A stretch of DNA of 64,000 nucleotides, from the NCBI GenBank assembly GCA_963810065.1, contig CAWELX010000007.1:1467534-1531533 (forward strand), read 5' to 3'. Shown in pieces: positions 57,143 to 64,000 of this stretch. The notes under the pieces are model-generated. The model worked only from the letters and a program-made list of their open reading frames with translations. It was not told where the DNA came from and did not search any database. Source of the stretch: an uncultured Chloroflexia bacterium. Lineage in GTDB: Bacteria > Chloroflexota > Limnocylindria > Limnocylindrales > CSP1-4. Every line of letters begins with the position of its first letter. Within the stretch, counting starts at the first letter, position 1. A program made the position numbers and the translations under genes.

Positions 57143-58334
57143 ATGCCACCCACGCCGATCTACCTCGACCACGCGGCGACGACGCCGCTCCGGCCCGAGG
57201 CCCTCGCCGCGATGCTGCCGTACCTCGGGGGCGCCTTCGGGAACCCGTCGTCGGCGCACGCCCTGGGCCGGGCGGCGCGCAACGCCCTCGACGAGGCCCG
57301 CGAGCAGCTCGCGGCCGACCTCGGGGGAAGCGCCCGCGAGATCGTCCTGACCGCCGGCGGGACCGAGGCCAACAACCTCGCCGTGAAGGGCGCCGCCTGG
57401 GCGCGCAAGGCCCACGGCAACCGGATCGTCGTGAGCGCGGTGGAGCACCACGCCGTCGGCCACACCGCGGAGCACCTGTCGAAGTGGGGCTTCGAGGTGG
57501 TCCTCGCGCCCGTCGACGCGACCGGGATGGTCGACCTCGCCGCCCTGGACGAGCTGATCGACGAGCGGACCATCGTCGTGGCGGTGATGCTGGCCAACAA
57601 CGAGGTCGGCACGATCCAGCCGATCCGCGAGATCGTGGAGCGCGTCCGGGCGCGCCGCGGGATCCACCTCCACGTGGACGCCGTGCAGGCCGCCCCGTAC
57701 CTGGACGTGGACGTCGGCGCGCTGGGCGCCGACACGGTGGCGATCTCCGCCCACAAGTTCGAGGGGCCCAAGGGGACCGGGGCGCTGTGGATCCGGCGCG
57801 GGACGCCGCTCCTCGCCCAGCAGCACGGCGGCAGCCAGGAGCGGCATCGCCGGGCAGGGACGGAGAACGTGGCCGGCGCCGTCGGGATGGCGGCCGCCTA
57901 CGCGCCTCGCCTGCTCGGCGAAGCCGGCGACCCGGGCCCGCCTGGCCGACCTCCGGGGTCGTCTGCAGGCCGCATGCCTGGCGGTCGATGGCGTCGAGCT
58001 GACGGGTCACCCGACCGATCGACTGCCCGGCCTCCTCTCGCTCCTGGTGCGGGGGGCCGACGGCGTCGCCGCCTCGGTGGCCCTCGACCTGGAGGGGATC
58101 GCGTGCTCCACGGGCTCCGCCTGCGCCACCGGCTCGCCGGAGCCGTCCCATGTCCTGACCGCGATGGGGATCCCCGACGCCGACGCGATGGGCGCGCTGC
58201 GCCTGAGCCTGGGGCGCGGGACGACCGCCGAGGAGGTGGATGCCGCCGTCGCTGTCGTCCCGCGGGTGCTCGCCGGGATCCGGGACGGGTCCGCCGCCCT
58301 GGCCGCCGACCCGCTCGGCAGCCGGATCGCCTGA
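57143..58334 (+). pseudogene. cysteine desulfurase (NifS/IscS class V aminotransferase), frame broken at about 57900-57910
   Basis: MPPTPIYLDHAATTP...GGTEANNLA...ISAHKFEGPKG (PLP lysine)...RRAGTENVAG is in the 56249-ORF frame. The C-terminal ...VELTGHP...LEGIACSTGSACATGS (catalytic Cys) is in the +1 frame (ORF 58047-58334). The span is 3n+1. Confidence 0.8.
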
Positions 58335-58344
58335 GGCCGTCGCG

Positions 58345-59485
58345 GTGCGCGTGCTCGTGGCGATGTCGGGCGGGGTCGATTCGTCCGTCGCCGCGGCGCT
58401 GCTCGCCGACGCCGGCCACGAGGTCGTCGGCGTCTGGATGCGCGTCCACGCGGGCGCCGACGCCTACTCCGAGGTGAAGAAGAGCTGCTGCAGCGCGGAT
58501 GCCGCGGAGGATGCCCGGCGGGTGGCGGCCCAGCTGGGGATCCCGTTCTACGTCCTCAACCTGGAGCGCGAGTTCGACGCCGGGGTGATCCGGCCATTCC
58601 TGGCCGCTTACCTCGGCGGCGAGACGCCCAGCCCGTGCGTCGACTGCAACAGCTACGTCAAGTTCGGGGCGCTGCTGGGCCGCGCGCGCCACCTCTACGA
58701 CTGCGACGCCGTGGCGACCGGTCACTACGCACGCACCGATGTGCTGGAGGGTCCGTCGGGACCGGCGCACCGACTGCTGCGCGGCGTGGACCGGGCCAAG
58801 GACCAGGCGTACTTCCTGTACGGCCTCCGCCAGGACCAGCTGGCGCGTGCGCTCTTCCCGCTGGGCGACCTGGTGAAGGGCGAGGTCCGGGCGATCGCCC
58901 GGGCGAAGGGCCTCGCGACGGCCGACAAGGCCGAGAGCATGGAGATCTGCTTCGTGCCCGAGGGCGACGTCGCCGGCGCGCTGCGCGCCCGCGCCGGGTG
59001 GGCGCCGACGCCCGGGCCGGCGATCGATGCCGCCGACGGCCACGTGATGGGGGAGCATGCCGGCGCGGCCGCCTTCACCGTGGGACAGCGGCGCGGGCGT
59101 CGGCGTCGCGGTGGGCGAACCCCGCTACGTGAGCCGGGTGGACGCGGCCACCAACACCATCACCCTCGCCCGCCGGGCCGACCTGGAGACGCGCCGGTTC
59201 GCCATCGAGGACGCGACGTTCGTCGCCGGCGCCCCGCCTGCCGTCAGCTTCCGCGCCCTGGCCCAGGTGCGCCACCGGGCGACGCCGGTGCCGGCCACGG
59301 TGCGATCCGCCGCTGGCGCGAGCGTGGAACCTGGTCGCTGGACGATCGAGACCGACGACCCCGTGTGGGCGGCAGCGCCCGGGCAGGCCTGCGTGCTCTA
59401 CGCGGAAGCGGAACCCGAGGTCGTCCTCGGCGGCGGGAAGATCACGCGCCCATTGCCGATCACGCGCCCCGGGCCGGGAGGCTGA
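58345..59485 (+). pseudogene. mnmA: tRNA 2-thiouridine(34) synthase MnmA, frame broken at about 59093-59100
   Basis: [17 protein letters not shown] (PP-loop), the catalytic Cys region [20 protein letters not shown]-type [13 protein letters not shown] and ESMEICF are in the 58240-ORF frame. After FTVGQRRG the sequence continues as [11 protein letters not shown]...PGQACVLY in ORF 59057-59485. The span is 3n+1. The break lies at a GGG run. Confidence 0.8.
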
Positions 59486-59488
59486 GCG

Positions 59489-59797
59489 ATGCCGCTCATC
59501 GCCCCGTCGCTCGTCCTGGCGCTCCTCGTCGGCACCTTCTGGACCGCGTTCGCCGTCCTCGTCACCGGGGTCGCGGGCGCGCGGCTCCCGTTCGTGCTGA
59601 TCCTCGCGATCCTCGGCGCGTGGGCCGGCGACGCGCTTGGCGGGCGCCTCGGGATCGACTTCCTGCGGATCGGCGACTTCCGGCTCGTGGCCGCGTCCGT
59701 CGGCGCCTGGGCCGGGATCGGACTCGTCGTGCTGGTCTCGATCCTGGGCCCCACCCGGCCGGTGGGTCCCGGAAACCCCAGGGGAGGTGGTCGATGA
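59489..59797 (+). CDS. hypothetical small membrane protein (102 aa)
   Basis: Three hydrophobic segments ([53 protein letters not shown]). It starts 4 nt after the mnmA stop. Confidence 0.55.
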   Translation: MPLIAPSLVLALLVGTFWTAFAVLVTGVAGARLPFVLILAILGAWAGDALGGRLGIDFLRIGDFRLVAASVGAWAGIGLVVLVSILGPTRPVGPGNPRGGGR

Positions 59798-59922
59798 CGC
59801 GCATGCCGCGCCGCGCCGCGGAGGATCGGCTCGCGATCTTCCTGCGCGGCCTCGTGGTCGGCGCCTTCGTCGGCGCCATTCTCGCCGGCTCGGCGGCGCT
59901 GCGGAGGACGTTCCGCCGCTGA
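59794..59922 (+). CDS. hypothetical 42-aa membrane peptide
   Basis: The ATG overlaps the upstream stop (ATGA at 59794-59797) and is preceded by GGGGAGGTGG. The peptide reads [42 protein letters not shown]. Confidence 0.45.
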   Translation: MTRMPRRAAEDRLAIFLRGLVVGAFVGAILAGSAALRRTFRR

Positions 59923-60077
59923 CGAGACCGGCTCCCCGGACGACCGGCCACCTGCCGATAGGCAACCTTCCCTATTGCCTCGGGGGGGGCCGGTCGTCAG
60001 CATGATTGCCAACGGCGCCGATCCGTGGGTCGTCCTCACCCGGCGCCTGCAGACGCGTCCCGGAAGGGTGACGCCCG

Positions 60078-63000
60078 ATGACTCGCGGTGCCCGGAGTCG
60101 TGAGCGCGCGATCGCGCTCGTGGTGGCCGTCCTCCTCGCAGGGACGAGTGCGATCGGCGGACCACCGCCGATGCGGGCGTTGGAGCCCACGCCCTCGGCG
60201 CCGCCGACGGAGATCCTGGGCGCCGAAACCCCCGCCCCGGCAACGACGCCCGAGCCGCTCCCATCTTCCGAGCCCGCGCCAGTCGAGCCGCCCGCCGTCG
60301 CGACGCCAGAACCCACGCCACCGGCCGTCGAGCCGACGCCGCCGCCAGTCGAGACGCCCACGCCCACGCCCACGCCCACCGGCACGCCCGCACCCGCCGA
60401 CGTCCCGGGCCTCGCTCCGCTCCCGTCGGGAGCCACCGAGCTCGTCGAGAAGCGCACCGAGTTCAGCCGGACCTACCTCGACGCCACGGGCCGGATGACC
60501 AGCGAGCTGTACACCGAGCCCGTCTTCTACAAGCCCGAGGGCTCGTCCACCCTGGTCCCGGTCGAGGTCGGCTTCCGGGCCTCGACGACCCCGGCGCCAG
60601 CGCGGTCTCGGACCGGGCCCCGGTGGCGGTGAGCGTCGCGGCACCGACCAGCGCGGACGGCTTCCTCGCCGTCACGGCCGGCGGGACGCGGGTCGCCTTC
60701 GCCCTGCCGGCCGACCGCGCGAGGGATGCCTCCCGGCGAGCCCGTCGTCGCGGGTGCCGTCGCCGACTATGCCGAGATCACTCCCGGGGTCGGCCTGCGG
60801 GTGATCGCGGGAGCGGAGGGGGCCACGAGCTTCTTCATCTGGCGCGCGGTCCCGGCGGAGCCGACCCTTCGGTACGTCGTGGAGGCCCCAGGTCTGGCCC
60901 TGGCGCTCACCAACGAGGGCACGATCGAGGCCCGCGACGCCGCGGGCACGCTCGTCGGGATCATCCCCCGCCCGTACGCCGTCGACTCCACGCCCGACGA
61001 GCTCACGGGCTCGGGACGCTTCACGGACCGGGTGAGCCTGGCCCTCGCCCCCGACGGCCGGACCGTGATGGTCGCGGTCGACGAGGGATGGCTCGCCACC
61101 GCGACCTACCCGGTCTACGTCGACCCGACCTACTACAACGCGGGCAGCCTGTCCTACGGCGACGCCCACATCGCGTCGGGCTACCCGACCCAGAACTTCG
61201 CCGACTACGTGCGCCCCGACTCCCCCTACTACCACGAGCTCTGGCTGGGGACCGATCCGTCGGGCACCTCGGGCGCCAGCCACGACTACCTGCGCTGGGA
61301 CGTCGCCCCGTTCGCCGGCACGACGATCGACACGGCGTCGTTCGCCATCTACCCCTACCACCAGTACTACGACGCCCCGGCCACCACCCCGACGTGGCTG
61401 CGGCAGGTGATCGAGGCCCCGAACGGGACCTGGCGCGAGACCGACCCGACCTGGAACAACCGCTCCTCCTACAGCTACGACCTCTGGACGTCCGAGGCCT
61501 GCGTGGAGGGCAGCACCTGCACCTTCAACACCTCGACGGTCCGCACGATCGTCCAGGGCTGGGCCACGAGCCCCGCTGCCAACTTCGGCATCCGCCTCGA
61601 CGAGGCCGGCTGCGGCTCGGGCAGCGACGCCTGCCCGAACACGCACTGGAAGCGGCTCATCGCCGCCGAGCACACCGGAGCCGACTCCTTCAAGCCCAAG
61701 ATGACCGTCACCTGGCACGTCCCGAGCGCGACGGCGATCGCCAAGCCCGCCTTCACCGGCGACCGGACCTTCAGCTGGACCTACGCCGGCTCGCCGGGCC
61801 AGACGAAGTTCCAGGTCCAGCTCAGCTCCGACGGCGGGGCCACCTGGCCGGCCGGCCTCGACGGCGGCCAGGTCACGAGCGGCGCGGCGACCTGGACCGC
61901 GCCCGACACGATGGCCCTCGCCGACCTCACGACGTACACCTGGCACGTCCGCGTCTACGACGGCCACTCCTGGTCGGCGTACAGCGCCGCCAGCAGCTTC
62001 ACCTTCGACGCCTTCCGCCGCGGCGACGAGCCCTTCTACACCCGCGTGCCCTTCGACCTGGGTGGTGGCTGGTCCCTCGACGTCGGGGTCCACTCCGGCG
62101 AGGCGCGCCTGGCGCGCAGCCTGTTCGCCATCGGCGCCATCGGCCCGCCGGCCGGCCTCGAGCTGACCTACAACTCCAGCGACGTCGCGGCCGCGGGCGC
62201 CTTCGGCACCGGCTGGAGCAGCAACCTCACGCAGCATCTCGCGATCACGGGCAGCCTCGCGATCTGGACCCGGGCCGACGGCGGCCGGGTCGCCTTCACC
62301 CTCGCGGGCGGCACCTGGACCGCGGTCCCCGGCCACACCGAGAAGCTGACCTACGCCGGGTCGCCCACGAACGAGTACACGGTCACCCAGCCGGACCAGA
62401 CCCGGCTCGTCTTCGAGAGCACGGGCGCCTACCGCCTCAAGCGGATCGTCGACCGCTTCGGGAAGACCCTTGCGCTGACCTACCCGACGAACCAGATCGT
62501 CGCCACCGACGCCGTGGGCCGGCCGACGACGCTCCAGCTGGCGACGTTCAACGGCACCTTGCGCGTCGACTACGCCACCGACGCCGCGGGCCGGACCTGG
62601 GACCTCGCCTACGACGCGACGGGCCTCGACCTCACCACGATCACCGAGTCCGCACCCGGGGGCGGGGCGGCGACGCCGACCACGAGCCTCGCGTATGACA
62701 CCTCCCATCGCCTCACCCAGGTCGGCCTCACGCGCGACAGCGTGGCCAACAAGGTCATCTGGAAGGTTTCTTACGACGCCGCGGGCAAGGCGATCAGCGT
62801 CGTCGACCCGATCGCCCACGCCCAGTACGCCGACGTGGCGAACACGTTCACGTACGGGTCCGGGAGCACCGTGGCCGGGCTCCTCAAGACGTACAGCCCC
62901 GCGGTCCGCAACAGCACCACCTACTCGTTCGACCCGTACGGCCGGGTCACGACGACCCTCGACCCCGGTGGCTTCACGACGACGCAGGCCTGGGATGCCG

Positions 63001-64000
63001 CCTGGAACCTGGCCTCGATCAGCCGGCCGATCACGACGACGACGAGCGCGACGATGACCTACCAGTACGACGGGAACGGGAATGCCACGGTCGAGACCCA
63101 GGACCTCGTCGAGGGCACGCCCCGGACCACCCTCGTCACCCGGTCCTGGTACGACGCCACCACCAACGACCTCCTCGTCCGCTCGGAGTCCGACAGCGAC
63201 ACCGCGACGAAGCTCGTCACGAAGTACGAGTACGGCAGCCACGGCGAGCTCACGAAGGTCATCGCCAACTGCACGAGCAGCGGGATCACCCCGCCCGCCG
63301 ACGCCTCGACCTGCACCGGCGGAGGCACCCAGGATGCCTCGACGAACCTCCGGACGGACTTCCTGTACGACGCGGCGACCGGCCTGCTCACGCTCGAGTG
63401 GGACGCCCTCGGCCGGGCCACCGACGAGTACGACCCGCTCGGCAACGAGACCGCGGTCGTCCGCAACTACACCTGCAGCGGCACGACGCCGCCGGCCCGG
63501 GGCCAGAGCGGCACGGGCACCGGGACGGTCGACGCACAGACGAACGTCCGCGCGAGCTCCACCTTCGCGGGCACGATCCCGACGGCGCTCGGCCTCGCCA
63601 CGACCCAGACGGACCCCGTCGGCAACGCCACGACATACGCCTACGACAACCTCGGACGGCGCACGAACCGAGATCCTGCCCGGCGACACGACGTCGATCC
63701 CGGCCCTCACCCGGACGAACGGCTACGACGAGCTCGGCAACGTGACGAGCGAGACCGAGTTCCTGGCCCGCCATCGCCCCCTACGTCCCGGCGGGGTCGC
63801 GGACGACCGCCCACTCGTGCGACCTCGTCGGCCGCGAGACAACGCTCACGCCGCCGGCGGGGCCCGCCACGACCCGCACCTTCGACGCCGCCGGGAACGA
63901 GGACGCAGACCGTCGTCGGCAACGTCACCACCACCCGCGTCTTCGACGGCCTCGGACGCGCCACCAGCGAGACGGTCGGGACGGCGCCCGACGCCGTCGT
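60078..64000 (+). pseudogene. secreted DNRLRE-domain plus RHS/YD-repeat protein (5' part; continues beyond the window), at least five frame breaks
   Basis: The order is a signal peptide (MTRGARSRERAIALVVAVLLAGTSA), a Pro/Thr-rich linker and a DNRLRE-like domain. My translation of that domain reads YVDPTYYNAGSLSYGDAHIASGYPTQNFADY...YLRWDVAPFAGTTIDTASFAIYPY. Many YD repeats follow (YDAAGK, YQYDGNGN, YEYGSHGELTKV, YDPLGNET, YAYDNLGRRT, GYDELGNVTSET, FDGLGRAT). The frame changes near 60580-60630, 60715-60735, 63665-63672, 63765-63775 and 63900-63905. The main frame has no stop inside the window, so it is absent from the ORF track. Confidence 0.8.

Noticed and set aside
60672-63710. 1012-aa minus-strand ORF, and the 691-aa + ORF at 60623-62698
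   Set aside because: Both are off-frame or antisense readings of the RHS gene. The true frame shows dozens of YD-repeat motifs and a DNRLRE-like domain. It is missing from the ORF track only because it has no stop inside the window.

Overview
Very GC-rich (about 70% by eye, not computed) bacterial chromosomal segment. It is almost entirely coding, mostly on the + strand, and dominated by housekeeping genes. In order these are: agmatinase, glutamate racemase, YchF, an MrfA/MrfB-like helicase-exonuclease pair, tRNA-Met, FtsH, pyrophosphatase, ThpR, TrpB2, prephenate dehydrogenase, an NfeD-SPFH pair, ComM-DprA-TopA-XerC, a MurJ-FemX-FemX-MurE cell-wall block, Rel, HisRS, AspRS, TypA and cysteine desulfurase-MnmA. 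The window ends with the first 3.9 kb of a secreted DNRLRE/RHS-repeat protein that runs off the end. I recognised no rRNA, CRISPR array, cas gene, transposase or phage integrase. Because of the GC content, most long ORFs in the six-frame track are antisense or off-frame artefacts. Calls rest on protein motifs visible in the supplied translations and on my own reading of the DNA; no database search was possible. Observations worth a second look: (i) two orphan receiver-MinD/ParA (CpaE/TadZ-like) paralogs with reciprocal loss of key residues; (ii) a slightly lower-GC patch holding a DnaB-C-terminal-domain-only ATPase, a 410-bp repeat array and an unknown lipoprotein; (iii) a 50-nt-period direct/inverted repeat locus upstream of comM; (iv) about fifteen single-base frame breaks in otherwise conserved genes, where the site can be narrowed mostly at short G/C runs, five of them in the RHS gene (most likely assembly indels, alternatively gene decay); (v) two conserved genes whose expected Met codon reads ATC or ATT; (vi) many -10-like hexamers 6-9 nt before ATG, suggesting leaderless mRNAs; (vii) pervasive short tandem duplications that are in-frame inside genes; (viii) long chains of genes joined by 4-nt GTGA/ATGA overlaps. 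I did not find a convincing self-contained novel multi-gene system, so the items above are hypotheses.
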